A model generated the notes under the pieces. That model searched no databases. It worked only from the letters and a program-made list of their open reading frames with translations, and was not told the DNA's origin. DNA of 64,000 nt from Alistipes sp. (GTDB lineage Bacteria > Bacteroidota > Bacteroidia > Bacteroidales > Rikenellaceae), in contig NZ_JAHHQJ010000014.1 of NCBI RefSeq assembly GCF_020026455.1, positions 6,153 through 70,152 of the forward strand, given 5' to 3'. Position numbers and translations under genes: made by a program. This document shows positions 53,413 to 63,030 of this stretch, in pieces; positions within the stretch are counted from its first letter, which is position 1, and every line of letters begins with the position of its first letter.

Positions 53413-55632
53413 TTAACTCAATCTTCGTTTGACACTCTCTATACCCTTTATCTTGCGCATCTTGTCCATCACAGCGCGGAGGCTTTCGGCATCCTTCACA
53501 TAGAGGCTGACGTTGCCTTCGACGATGCCGTCGTGGCTGTGGATGTTCACCTCCCGGAAATTGATGTTGAAATCGGCGCTCACGACCTTCGCCAGATCGA
53601 GCAGCAGCCCCTGCCGATCGATGCCGCGCAACTCCGTGGTCACCAGATAGGACATGGCCTTGTGCTGCGACCATTTGATCTCCTCTTTGACGATGTTGCG
53701 GCCGAACTGCGACGCGAGCCGGTTCAACTCGTCGCACGTGGCTTTGTGCACGATGATTTTCCCCGTAGCGGGGTCTCGATACCCTACCACCTTGTCGCCC
53801 GGAATCGGCTTGCAGCACTCCGCAATTTCGAACTGCGGTTCCGGGGTCGTAGCCTCCTCTGCCGGCGCTATTTCGCCCGGAATCGGGGTGTCGTCCGCCT
53901 CATCCTCCTTCTTCTTGGGGATGAAGAGGGTCCAGAATTTGAGTATCTTGCTCTTGGCGTTGACCTTGAGGGCTTTGTCCAGGTTGTCGAGCGAGACGAT
54001 TCCCGCCCCGATCTTGCTGTATAGCTCCTCCTTGTTGTTGCTGTCGTAAATGGGTGTTATCTTGCGCAATACGCGTCCGCTCAACTTGATGTTCAGCGAC
54101 TTCATCTTTTCGTCGAGCAGCTGCATGCCCCGCTCGATGTTGTTCTGCCGTTCGCGCTTGAGGAAACTCTTGATCGCCTGTTTGGCCTTGGCCGTGGTGA
54201 CCGTTTCGAGCCATTCGGGCTTGGGACGGGCGTTGTCGGCCGTGATGATCTCGATCTGATCACCGCTGTTGATCTGCGTGGTGATCGGTTCGAGCTTGTG
54301 GTTGATCTTGGCGCTGATGGCGCTGTTTCCGATCTTCGAGTGGATGTCGTAGGCGAAGTCGAGGGCCGTGGCTCCGAACGGCATTTTTCGGGCTTCACCC
54401 TTGGGTGTAAATACCACTATCTCCGATGTATACAGCGATAACTTAAAGTTGTCCAGGAAGTCCACGGCATTTTCCGTCGGACTGTTCAGCGCCGCTCGGA
54501 TCTGTTTCAGCCACTTGTCGAATTCGTCCTCGTCCTGCGAAATGGTCGCATGCTTGTATTTCCAGTGAGCGGCGAATCCGCGTTCGGCGATGTCCTCCAT
54601 GCGCTGCGTGCGGATCTGCACCTCGACCCACACACCGTCGGGTCCCATCACCGTCGAGTGCAGCGCCTCGTATCCGTTGGCCTTGGGCATCGAAATCCAG
54701 TCCCTTAGCCGGTCGGGCTTGGGGGTGTAGATGTCGGTGATCGTGGAGTAAATCTGCCAGCACTGTGTCTTTTCCGAGGGGAACGGCAGGGGTTTGAAGA
54801 CGATGCGGATGGCAAACAGGTCGTAAATCTCCTCGAACGAGATCTGCTTGCGCTGCATCTTGCTCCAGATCGAGTAGACGCTCTTCACGCGTCCCGAGAT
54901 CTCGTAGTTGATGTTGTCGCGGTTGAGCGAGGCGATGATCGGGGCGTTGAACTTGTTGATGAATTCCCGGCGCGAAGCCTCGCTTTCCTGCAGTTTCTGC
55001 GTGATTTCGGCATACTGCTGCGGGAATCGGTACTTCATGCAGAGATCCTCCAGCTCGCTCTTGATCGAGAAGAGCCCCAGCCGATAGGCCAGCGGAGCGA
55101 AGAGGTAGATCGTCTCGCCGGTGATCTTGATCTGCTTGTTCATCGGCATGGCACCCAGCGTGCGCATGTTGTGCAGCCGGTCGGCGATCTTTATCAGAAT
55201 TACCCGTACATCGTCCGAGAGGGTGAGGAGTACCTTGCGAAAATATTCGGCCTGTTCGGAGGTGTCGGCGTTGAACACGCCGGACATCTTCGTCAGTCCG
55301 TCGACCATCGAGGCGATTTTCGGTCCGAAGATGCGTTCCATGTCCTCCACGGTGTATTCCGTGTCCTCCACGACGTCGTGCAGCAGGGCCGCGACGACCG
55401 ATTTCACCCCCAGCCCGATCTCCTTGATGACGATCATGGCTACTGCAATAGGATGCAGGAGGTACGGCTCGCCGGAGCGGCGCCTTACCCCCTCGTGTGC
55501 CTCCTTGGCCAGGAAAAAAGCACGTTTGATGAAGTTCCAGTCCTCGTCGTTCTTGCAGATTTTGGTGCACGCGAGGAGCAGGTCATCCCATTTCTCCTTT
55601 ATAAGGGTTTCATCCTCAGCAGTATATCCCAT
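53413..55632 (-). CDS. relA: RelA/SpoT (p)ppGpp synthetase/hydrolase
   Basis: RRSGEPYLLHP, LLHDVVEDT (HD), KIADRLHNMRT, GRVKS..IYDLFAIR, TGS domain DFAYDIHSKIG. Confidence 0.96.
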   Translation of the reverse strand: MGYTAEDETLIKEKWDDLLLACTKICKNDEDWNFIKRAFFLAKEAHEGVRRRSGEPYLLHPIAVAMIVIKEIGLGVKSVVAALLHDVVEDTEYTVEDMERIFGPKIASMVDGLTKMSGVFNADTSEQAEYFRKVLLTLSDDVRVILIKIADRLHNMRTLGAMPMNKQIKITGETIYLFAPLAYRLGLFSIKSELEDLCMKYRFPQQYAEITQKLQESEASRREFINKFNAPIIASLNRDNINYEISGRVKSVYSIWSKMQRKQISFEEIYDLFAIRIVFKPLPFPSEKTQCWQIYSTITDIYTPKPDRLRDWISMPKANGYEALHSTVMGPDGVWVEVQIRTQRMEDIAERGFAAHWKYKHATISQDEDEFDKWLKQIRAALNSPTENAVDFLDNFKLSLYTSEIVVFTPKGEARKMPFGATALDFAYDIHSKIGNSAISAKINHKLEPITTQINSGDQIEIITADNARPKPEWLETVTTAKAKQAIKSFLKRERQNNIERGMQLLDEKMKSLNIKLSGRVLRKITPIYDSNNKEELYSKIGAGIVSLDNLDKALKVNAKSKILKFWTLFIPKKKEDEADDTPIPGEIAPAEEATTPEPQFEIAECCKPIPGDKVVGYRDPATGKIIVHKATCDELNRLASQFGRNIVKEEIKWSQHKAMSYLVTTELRGIDRQGLLLDLAKVVSADFNINFREVNIHSHDGIVEGNVSLYVKDAESLRAVMDKMRKIKGIESVKRRLS

Positions 55633-55635
55633 AGA

Positions 55636-56652
55636 CTACTCCTGTTTTGCGGTCTTCATGGCTTCGCGGACCTTGGTTTCGATTTCGTTACGCAGCTCTT
55701 CGTCGTTTTTCAGCAGTTCCTTGACGGCGTCGCGTCCCTGTCCGATCTTGCGGTCGCCGTAGGAGAACCACGATCCGGCCTTCTTGATCACGCCGTAATC
55801 GACGCCGATGTCGATGATCTCGCCGATCTTCGAGATACCTTCGCCGAACATGATGTCGAACTCCGCGCGTTTGAACGGGGGTGCCACCTTGTTCTTCACG
55901 ACCTTGACCTTCGTGCGGGTTCCCAGCTGGTCCTCGCCGTCCTTGATGACCGACATGCGGCGGATGTCGATACGCACCGAAGCGTAGAATTTCAGCGCAT
56001 TGCCGCCCGTGGTGGTCTCGGGGTTGCCGTATACGACGCCGATCTTGTCGCGCAGCTGGTTGATGAAGATGCAGACGGTCTTGGTCTTCGAGATACTCGA
56101 CGTGAGTTTGCGCAGCGCCTGCGACATGAGGCGGGCCTGGAGTCCCATCTTCGAGTCGCCCATCTCGCCCTCGATCTCGGCTTTGGGCGTCAGAGCCGCC
56201 ACGGAGTCGATGACGATGATGTCGATGGCGCTCGAGCGGATCAGCGAGTCGGCGATTTCAAGAGCCTGCTCGCCGTTGTCGGGCTGCGAAATGAGCAGGT
56301 TGTCGACATCCACACCCAGTTTCTGGGCATAGAAACTGTCGAATGCGTGCTCGGCGTCGATGAATGCCGCGATGCCTCCGGCCTTCTGGGCCTCGGCGAT
56401 GGCGTGAATCGCCAGCGTGGTCTTACCCGACGACTCGGGTCCGTAAATCTCCACGACACGCCCCTTGGGATAGCCGCCTACGCCGAGCGCCATGTCGAGT
56501 GTGATCGAACCCGTCGGGATAACCGGAATGTCGTTCACTTCGGTGCTGTTCATGCGCATGATCGAGCCTTTGCCGAAGTCCTTTTCTATTTTCTGCATCA
56601 CTGCGTCCAGCACCTTGAGCTTGTCCGCGTTTACCTGTACTTTTTCTGCCAT
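55636..56652 (-). CDS. recA: Recombinase A
   Basis: [51 protein letters not shown]. Confidence 0.99.
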   Translation of the reverse strand: MAEKVQVNADKLKVLDAVMQKIEKDFGKGSIMRMNSTEVNDIPVIPTGSITLDMALGVGGYPKGRVVEIYGPESSGKTTLAIHAIAEAQKAGGIAAFIDAEHAFDSFYAQKLGVDVDNLLISQPDNGEQALEIADSLIRSSAIDIIVIDSVAALTPKAEIEGEMGDSKMGLQARLMSQALRKLTSSISKTKTVCIFINQLRDKIGVVYGNPETTTGGNALKFYASVRIDIRRMSVIKDGEDQLGTRTKVKVVKNKVAPPFKRAEFDIMFGEGISKIGEIIDIGVDYGVIKKAGSWFSYGDRKIGQGRDAVKELLKNDEELRNEIETKVREAMKTAKQE

Positions 56653-56860
56653 TATTGTCTTGTTTTTTATTGTTCACACTGTTTTGCTTCGCCGCCGTTC
56701 GCCCTCGGGCCGGCGGCGGGAGCCTTTGGTTTGCCGCCTCTGCGGCAGCAACACCCCGCCTCGGGCGGGGATTGAGGTGCTGCGGACCAGGACACGACGC
56801 CGGCGGCGGCGAATACGGTGGTCGCATACACCCCTGCACGTTGGAGATCCTGCCTGACCC

Positions 56861-57322
56861 CTACTTGTAGGAGTCGATGATCTGCCGGTAGTGGTTCTTG
56901 GTGTCCACCTTGGTGAAAATCTTCTCGATGCGCCCCTCTGCGTCGATCACGAACGTCGTGCGCAGCACCCCCATGTACTTGCGGCCGTACATCGACTTCT
57001 CGGCCCACACGCCGTAGGCTTCGCACATCGAGTGGTCGGAGTCGGAGAGCAGCGTGAAATTCAGGGCGTGCTTGTCGCAGAAATTGCGGTGCGACTTTTC
57101 GCTGTCGGGGCTTACACCGATGATTCGGAAATCCATCCGTTCCAGCTCGGCCTTGCCGTCGCGCAGGCTTTGGGCTTCGAGCGTACAACCCGAGGTGTTG
57201 TCCTTGGGGTAGAAATAGAGTATCGTGCGCTGTCCCTTCAGGTCGGCAAGCGTCAGAGGCTCACCGTCTTGAGTCGTGGACTTGAAATCGGGGGCCATCT
57301 CCCCCACCTGCAACTGTGTCAT
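56861..57322 (-). CDS. bcp: Thioredoxin-dependent peroxiredoxin BCP
   Basis: LYFYPKDNTSGCTLEA, IGVSPDS, RTTFVID. Confidence 0.95.
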   Translation of the reverse strand: MTQLQVGEMAPDFKSTTQDGEPLTLADLKGQRTILYFYPKDNTSGCTLEAQSLRDGKAELERMDFRIIGVSPDSEKSHRNFCDKHALNFTLLSDSDHSMCEAYGVWAEKSMYGRKYMGVLRTTFVIDAEGRIEKIFTKVDTKNHYRQIIDSYK

Positions 57323-57406
57323 AGCGTTTCCCGATAAAGAGATTATTTTCTCAAAGGTATGAATTTTCCGGCGATTTTCATGCTTTGCGAGCGACTTTTT
57401 TGCGCT

Positions 57407-57619
57407 CTAATCCCATTGGTAGGTCACTTCGATCTGCTCGTTGAACTCCTCCTGCGTGGTGTTGAGCCGGTGCAGACAGGCCGGGCACCGGATGGCCGTT
57501 TCGGTCTCGACATACTCGCCGCACCCGACGCACATCGGCAGCAGGCCGTAGCCCGGCTGCATGGAGTGCTCGAACTGCGCTCCGCAGTGCTTGCACCTGA
57601 TTTTGTAAGCTGTTCCCAT
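57407..57619 (-). CDS. 70-aa protein with three CxxC pairs (putative zinc ribbon)
   Basis: CKHC, CVGC, CPAC; ATG in A-rich context; host-like codons. Confidence 0.75.
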   Translation of the reverse strand: MGTAYKIRCKHCGAQFEHSMQPGYGLLPMCVGCGEYVETETAIRCPACLHRLNTTQEEFNEQIEVTYQWD

Positions 57620-57663
57620 TGTCGTTTTGTTTTTGGTTCACGCTGCAAAGGAACAGCCTGCGA

Positions 57664-57680
57664 GTGACAGGTTGTGACAC
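57664..57680. promoter_or_regulatory. Putative WYL-regulator operator (GTGACA-GGTTG-TGACAC)
   Basis: One mismatch to the palindrome at 58844-58860; 10 nt from a -7-like element (TTCCTTTG on the - strand, 57646-57653). Confidence 0.55.
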
Positions 57681-57713
57681 ATGGGTAAAAAAATGGCAAA
57701 GGTCGTGCAAAAC

Positions 57714-58616
57714 TCACATGTTCGGAGTGTTTGCCGCAATATATTCGCGGATATAGCCCGTCAGTTCGGGTGAGTCGACGATGCGGATGTCGTCCAGCAG
57801 CCCCACGACGAAGCGTCCCACCCCGGCCATTCCGGCCACCTGCGTGTCGAGCGACCAGCGTCCGCGGCCCAGCGGTTTCACGTCGCGTTCGGCCAGCGGA
57901 TACTCCTCGCACAGCAGGTTGTAGGCCAGCATTCCCAGCTCCAGCCGCACGCGGTGACGCACTCCGCCGTGCATGCGGAAGGCGTCGATGAATCCCTCGC
58001 GGTGGGCTTCCCGGTGCTCCCATGCCGCTTCGGAGAGTTCGACGGATCCGATGCGCGCGGTTTTGAAGAGTTTGTTCGTGTGGCTTTCGAGGTCGTAGCA
58101 CCACACCTGCACATAGTTGGTCGTGAAGGCGAAAGGTTCTACCCTGCGGTCGCGCACTTCGCCGCCGTGGGCCGACTGGTAGCCGTGCAGCACGGCCTGT
58201 TGCTCCTGCTCGATGGCCTCGATCAACCGCCGGATGTTCGGGGCGTTCTTGCCCCGCACGACGCTGTCGGCCAGCGTCTTGTTGTCGTATACGGAGTAGA
58301 GCTTGCGCTTGAGGTTCTGCTTCAGCAGGTTGGTGTCGTCGATATTCTCGATGGCGTTTTTCAGGATCACGGCCTCCTCCTCGGTGAAGTGCACCAGCTG
58401 CGAGATGTCGCGGAAGTGCGGCGACTCCTTGTCGAGACGGATGCAGTCTCTCGATTTCTTGATCACAAATCCTGCCTCGCGGAAGGTGTCGATATAGCGG
58501 TAGATCGTGCGGCGCGACATCTGGAGCCGTTCGGCCAGCTGGTCGACGTTGTAGGTGGTGTTTGCCGTCAGCAGCTTCATGAGCCGCAGCAGGCGTTCGA
58601 GTTTGGGTTGGTCCAT
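57714..58616 (-). CDS. HTH-WYL-WCX transcriptional regulator (PafC/DriD/YafY-like)
   Basis: HTH LAERLQMSRRTIYRYIDTFREAGF; WYL RRVEPFAF..VWCYD..LFKTARI. Confidence 0.9.
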   Translation of the reverse strand: MDQPKLERLLRLMKLLTANTTYNVDQLAERLQMSRRTIYRYIDTFREAGFVIKKSRDCIRLDKESPHFRDISQLVHFTEEEAVILKNAIENIDDTNLLKQNLKRKLYSVYDNKTLADSVVRGKNAPNIRRLIEAIEQEQQAVLHGYQSAHGGEVRDRRVEPFAFTTNYVQVWCYDLESHTNKLFKTARIGSVELSEAAWEHREAHREGFIDAFRMHGGVRHRVRLELGMLAYNLLCEEYPLAERDVKPLGRGRWSLDTQVAGMAGVGRFVVGLLDDIRIVDSPELTGYIREYIAANTPNM

Positions 58617-58837
58617 GATTTATTCGGAGACAGACGGCTGTTCGCCGTGCAGGGGTCGTAAATTAGTCATAACGGAAGTGCGGAGATCGTTCTTGCCTGC
58701 GATTCGAAAAAGAGGTTTTTCGGATTCCGGAGCGGAGGTATCCGGAACCATTGCACGGCAGTTTGCGCTTCCTGCAAACGAAGCAATCGATAGAATGACG
58801 AACGATTTCATGCTGTTTTTTTGCAAAGATAGAAAAA

Positions 58838-58866
58838 AAAGTCGTGACAGACCATGTCACGACTTT
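58838..58866. promoter_or_regulatory. 12-bp-arm palindrome AAAGTCGTGACA-N5-TGTCACGACTTT: putative WYL operator and/or dnaA terminator
   Basis: Perfect inverted repeat; T-run follows on the - strand; TATCTTTG -7 element at 58824-58831 on the - strand. Confidence 0.65.
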
Positions 58867-58893
58867 CTGTTTGTATCGCCCCCCCCCTCCGCA

Positions 58894-60306
58894 CTATTGG
58901 GCGAGGACCTTTTTCTCAATCTCCTCGACCTGACGGCGGAACGCCTTGTCGGTCTCGATGAGGTTCGTCACGGCCTTGCACGAGTGGAGGACCGTGGCGT
59001 GGTTGCGGCCTCCGATGGCTGCCCCGATCGTTGTCAGCGGCGCCTTGGTGTGCTGCTTGGCCAGATACATGGCGATCTGCCGGGCCTGGGCTATTTCGCG
59101 TGTGCGCTCCGTGGAGTTGAAGCGCGCGAAGTCCAGATTGAGGTATTCGCACACGACCTCGATGATGTGGTCGATGGTGATTTCCTTCTGATAGAGCTTC
59201 ACGTAGACCTTCAGGATCTCCTTGGCCAGCGACGTGGTGATCTTGCGCCCGAGGAACGAGGCGTTGGCCACCAGCGACGACAGGGCGCCTTCGATTTCCC
59301 GCACGTTGGCCGAGATGTTGTCCGCCAGATAGGTCACCACATCGTCCGTGATCTGCGCCCCGAGCTTCTGCGCCTTGGCGCGTATGATCTTGAGCTTGGT
59401 GTCGTAGTCCGGCGTGTTGAGCTGTGCCGACAATCCCCATTTGAAGCGGGTCAGCAGTCGCTGTTCGATGTCCTTGAGTTCCACGGGCGGCTTGTCCGAC
59501 GTGAGGATCAGCTGCTTGCCCGCCAGCTGCAGGTGGTTGAATATGTTGAAGAACGCGTTCTGCGTACCGGTCTTTCCCGTCAGCTCCTGGATGTCGTCGA
59601 TGATCAGCACGTCGATCATCTGGTAGAAGTGGATGAAGTCGGGAATCTCGCCGTTCTTGTAGGCTGTCTGGAACTGCGCCTGGAACTTGTTCATCGAGAC
59701 GTAGAGCACCTGCAACTCCGGGTGTCGCTGACGCACCTCGTGGCCGATCGACTGCACGATGTGGGTCTTCCCCAGTCCCGAGTCTCCATAGATATAGAGG
59801 GGGTTGAAGGGGTTGTTTCCCGGGTTCACGGCCACGGACATGCCCGCCGAGCGGGCCAGTCGGTTGCATTCACCCTCGATGAAGGTCGCAAACGTGAGGT
59901 TTGGATTCAGCTGCGGGTCGATGATTATTTTCTTGAGTCCGGGAATTACGAACGGATTCTTTATATTTGCGGTGTTGGTCTGCGTGTTGAAGCGCGAGAT
60001 GGCCGTCGTGTCGGAATCCGCCGCCACGGGGACGGCCTGTGCGCTCGTTCGGGGCACGGCGTAGTGGAGCCGGGTCTGCTGGCCGTAGAGCTGCGAGATG
60101 ATCGGTTTGAGGAACGGGATGTAGTTCTTCTCGATCTGACGGACGTAGCTTTCGTTGGGGACCCTCAAACGAAGCGTCGTTCCGTCGAATTCGAGCGGAA
60201 CGATGGGCTGAAACCACTTTTCGAACTCCTCCGCGGAGGTTCGGGCCTTGATCTGGTCCAAGCAGTTTTGCCATATATCGCTATATGTCCGAGAGTTGTT
60301 TAGCAT
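58894..60306 (-). CDS. dnaA: Chromosomal replication initiator protein
   Basis: NPLYIYGDSGLGKTH, IDDIQ, RLLTRFKWGL, NVREIEGAL, domain IV GGRNHATVLHS. Confidence 0.98.
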   Translation of the reverse strand: MLNNSRTYSDIWQNCLDQIKARTSAEEFEKWFQPIVPLEFDGTTLRLRVPNESYVRQIEKNYIPFLKPIISQLYGQQTRLHYAVPRTSAQAVPVAADSDTTAISRFNTQTNTANIKNPFVIPGLKKIIIDPQLNPNLTFATFIEGECNRLARSAGMSVAVNPGNNPFNPLYIYGDSGLGKTHIVQSIGHEVRQRHPELQVLYVSMNKFQAQFQTAYKNGEIPDFIHFYQMIDVLIIDDIQELTGKTGTQNAFFNIFNHLQLAGKQLILTSDKPPVELKDIEQRLLTRFKWGLSAQLNTPDYDTKLKIIRAKAQKLGAQITDDVVTYLADNISANVREIEGALSSLVANASFLGRKITTSLAKEILKVYVKLYQKEITIDHIIEVVCEYLNLDFARFNSTERTREIAQARQIAMYLAKQHTKAPLTTIGAAIGGRNHATVLHSCKAVTNLIETDKAFRRQVEEIEKKVLAQ

Positions 60307-60343
60307 GACAGAGGGTTGTACTGTTTTTTTGACGTGACAAAGT

Positions 60344-60352
60344 TGTGAATAA
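60344..60352 (+). promoter_or_regulatory. DnaA box (TGTGAATAA) in the dnaA promoter region
   Basis: Reverse complement TTATTCACA fits TTWTNCACA; 38 nt upstream of the dnaA start. Confidence 0.65.
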
Positions 60353-60534
60353 TTTTGCAAAAAGATTTTCGTTTTCGTGTTGCAGATCTCCTTTTTTTGT
60401 ATATAGAAAAACAACGGTTTCCGGTGCCCGAATTTTAACTCCCTGATAGTGAATTATCGAATTTTATTTATTATATTTGCATATAATTTTTTTGGGACAT
60501 CCGAAGTTAAACTATAAATAAAACTAATGAACTT

Positions 60535-62277
60535 ATGGCAAACGAATTGGAACAATTGGTTCTGAACAAGGCCCAGAGCTGGCTCGACGGCCACTATGAC
60601 GAGGCGACGAAGAAACAGGTCAAATGCCTGATGGATAATGATATGACCGAACTTGTCGAGAGTTTCTACAAGGATCTTGAATTTGGCACGGGCGGCCTGC
60701 GGGGCATCATGGGCGTGGGCTCCAACCGCATGAATGTCTATACGGTGGGAGCCGCCACGCAGGGTCTTTCGAACTACCTGAAGAAGAACTTCGCGGGCGA
60801 GCAGGTTCGTGTGGCCGTAGCCCACGACAGCCGCAACAATTCGCGCATGTTCGCCGAGCGTGTGGCCGATATTTTCGCCTCGAACGGGTTCCGGGTCTTT
60901 CTGTTCGACGCGCTCCGTCCGACGCCGGAATTGAGCTTCGCCATCCGCGAACTGAAGTGCCATTCGGGCGTGGTCGTCACGGCTTCGCACAACCCCAAGG
61001 AGTACAACGGCTACAAGGCCTACTGGACCGACGGGGCGCAGGTCACCGAGCCGCACGACAAGAACATCATCGCCGAGGTTGCCAAGATCACCGACGTGGA
61101 TATGATCGAGATGGGCAAAAATCCCGAAAATATCACCATCCTCGACGAGCAGTTCGATGAAATCTATCTGAACAAGGTGCACGAACTCTCGCTGTCGCCC
61201 GAAAGCGTCCGGAAGCACCACGACATGAAGATCGTCTATTCGCCGATGCACGGTGCGGGAGTGCGGCTGGTTCCGGCGTCGCTGAAGAAATTCGGCTTCA
61301 CGAACGTGATTCTGGTGAAGGAGCAGTCGGTCATCGACGGCGACTTCCCCACCGTCGAGTCCCCCAACCCCGAGGAGCGCAAGACGATGTCCATGGCCAT
61401 TGACCTGGCGGCGAAGGAGGGTGCCGACCTGGTTCTGGCCACCGACCCCGATTCGGACCGCATCGGCGTGGCGCTGCGCAACAAGAAGGGCGAATACGTG
61501 TTGCTGAACGGCAACCAGACCCTCGTGCTGCTGCTGAGCTACCAGCTGACCCGCTGGGCCGAGCGCGGCGAGCTGGACGGCAGCCAGTATGTCGTCAAGA
61601 CCATCGTCACCTCGCAGATGGCCAACGCCGTGGCCGACTATTTCAAGGTGAAGTGCTACGACTGCCTCACGGGCTTCAAGTATATCGCCAAGATCATCCG
61701 CGAGAACGAAGGCAAGGCCAAGTATATCGGTGGCGGCGAGGAGTCGTTCGGTTACCTGGCGGGCGACTACGTGCGTGACAAGGACGCCGTTTCGGCCTGC
61801 TCGCTGGCTGCTGAGGCCGCCGCATGGGCGATGGATACGATGGGCCTGACGCTCTACGAGTGGCTGCAGGAGCTCTACGTGAAATATGGCTTCTACCGCG
61901 AGGGCCTCGTTTCGGTGGTCCGCAAGGGCAAGGAGGGCGCCGAGCTGATCCAGAAGATGATGGTCGACTTCCGGGCCGAACCGCCCAAGGCGATCCTCGG
62001 CTCGCCGGTGGTGAAGATCAACGATTTCCTGTCGCTCGAAACGCTCGACGTCGAGACGGGTGCCAAGACCCCTATCGAGCAGGACCGGAGTAACGTGCTG
62101 CAGTGGTTCACGGCCGACGGCACGACCGTTTCGGTGCGTCCCTCGGGCACGGAGCCCAAAATCAAGTTCTACTTCGGGGTGAAGGCGCCGCTGGCTTCGG
62201 TCGCCGATTTCGACACGACGCTGGCTGAGCTCGATGCCAAGATCGAAGGCATCAAGCGAGACCTCAAACTGGAGTAA
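60535..62277 (+). CDS. pgm: Alpha-D-phosphohexomutase (phosphoglucomutase/phosphomannomutase)
   Basis: FGTGGLRG, TASHNP, ATDPDSDR, GEESFG, RPSGTEPKIK; TATATTTG at 60472-60479. Confidence 0.92.
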   Translation: MANELEQLVLNKAQSWLDGHYDEATKKQVKCLMDNDMTELVESFYKDLEFGTGGLRGIMGVGSNRMNVYTVGAATQGLSNYLKKNFAGEQVRVAVAHDSRNNSRMFAERVADIFASNGFRVFLFDALRPTPELSFAIRELKCHSGVVVTASHNPKEYNGYKAYWTDGAQVTEPHDKNIIAEVAKITDVDMIEMGKNPENITILDEQFDEIYLNKVHELSLSPESVRKHHDMKIVYSPMHGAGVRLVPASLKKFGFTNVILVKEQSVIDGDFPTVESPNPEERKTMSMAIDLAAKEGADLVLATDPDSDRIGVALRNKKGEYVLLNGNQTLVLLLSYQLTRWAERGELDGSQYVVKTIVTSQMANAVADYFKVKCYDCLTGFKYIAKIIRENEGKAKYIGGGEESFGYLAGDYVRDKDAVSACSLAAEAAAWAMDTMGLTLYEWLQELYVKYGFYREGLVSVVRKGKEGAELIQKMMVDFRAEPPKAILGSPVVKINDFLSLETLDVETGAKTPIEQDRSNVLQWFTADGTTVSVRPSGTEPKIKFYFGVKAPLASVADFDTTLAELDAKIEGIKRDLKLE

Positions 62278-62526
62278 TCCCCTGCTTTCGGGGCGGTTGC
62301 GTCCGTCCCGCCGATACCTCCGGACGATTCCCGTTCGGAGGTATTTTTTGTTCGTCCGTTTCCGCGGGGTGTTTTCGGGGTGCTCCCGGGCTTTTCCGGA
62401 GTGGTGCGTTTTCGGGATGTTTTCCCGTATTGTCGGACCTTTCGGGTTGTTGCTGGGTGGATTATTCCGGGTTTTCCGGGGTGCTCCCGGGCCTTTCCGG
62501 AGTGGTGCTTTTTCGGGGGTGGTGCT

Positions 62527-62589
62527 CCGGGCTTTCCTCTGGGCGTTCCGGGCTTTCCTCTGGGCGTTCCGGGCTTTCCTCTGGGCGTT
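62527..62589. repeat. Three perfect 21-bp tandem repeats (CCGGGCTTTCCTCTGGGCGTT) inside a longer degenerate tract (about 62340-62600)
   Basis: Read directly. Confidence 0.9.
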
Positions 62590-62708
62590 CCGGATCATTC
62601 CGGGTTGTGTACGCTCGGCTGCAGGAGGTGTGCGACTGCCGGGCCGGCTGCAGTGTGCCGGCAAACCGTAACGGCCGCTAATGATTCCGTGCCGCGGTCG
62701 GCAGTGTC

Positions 62709-63029
62709 TTATAACTTGGGGTTGTCGCGGTGCCGGTCCCTGTCGCGGGCGGTCTTCTTGGCGAAGTTGGCCTCGACGGCCGCCGTGAGGTCCACACCCG
62801 TCTGGTTGGCCAGGCAGACCAGCACCCACAGCACGTCGGCCATCTCGTCGGCGAGGTTCTCCTTTTCACCCGCCTTGAACGACTGGTCGCCGTATCGGCG
62901 GGCCATCACGCGGGCCAACTCCCCCACCTCCTCGGTCAGGCAGGCCATATTGGTGAGCTCCGAGAAATAGCGCACGCCGTATTCCCGGATCCAGGCGTCT
63001 ACGCGCTCCTGCAATTCCTTGATTTCCAT
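62709..63029 (-). CDS. MazG-like nucleotide pyrophosphohydrolase (YpjD-like)
   Basis: LTEEVGELAR, LADEMADVLWVL..LAN. Confidence 0.9.
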   Translation of the reverse strand: MEIKELQERVDAWIREYGVRYFSELTNMACLTEEVGELARVMARRYGDQSFKAGEKENLADEMADVLWVLVCLANQTGVDLTAAVEANFAKKTARDRDRHRDNPKL

Positions 63030-63030
63030 C

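Noticed and set aside
60334-60350. GTGACA half-site upstream of dnaA as a third WYL operator
   Set aside because: The second half does not match at N5 spacing, and the sequence overlaps a better-explained DnaA box
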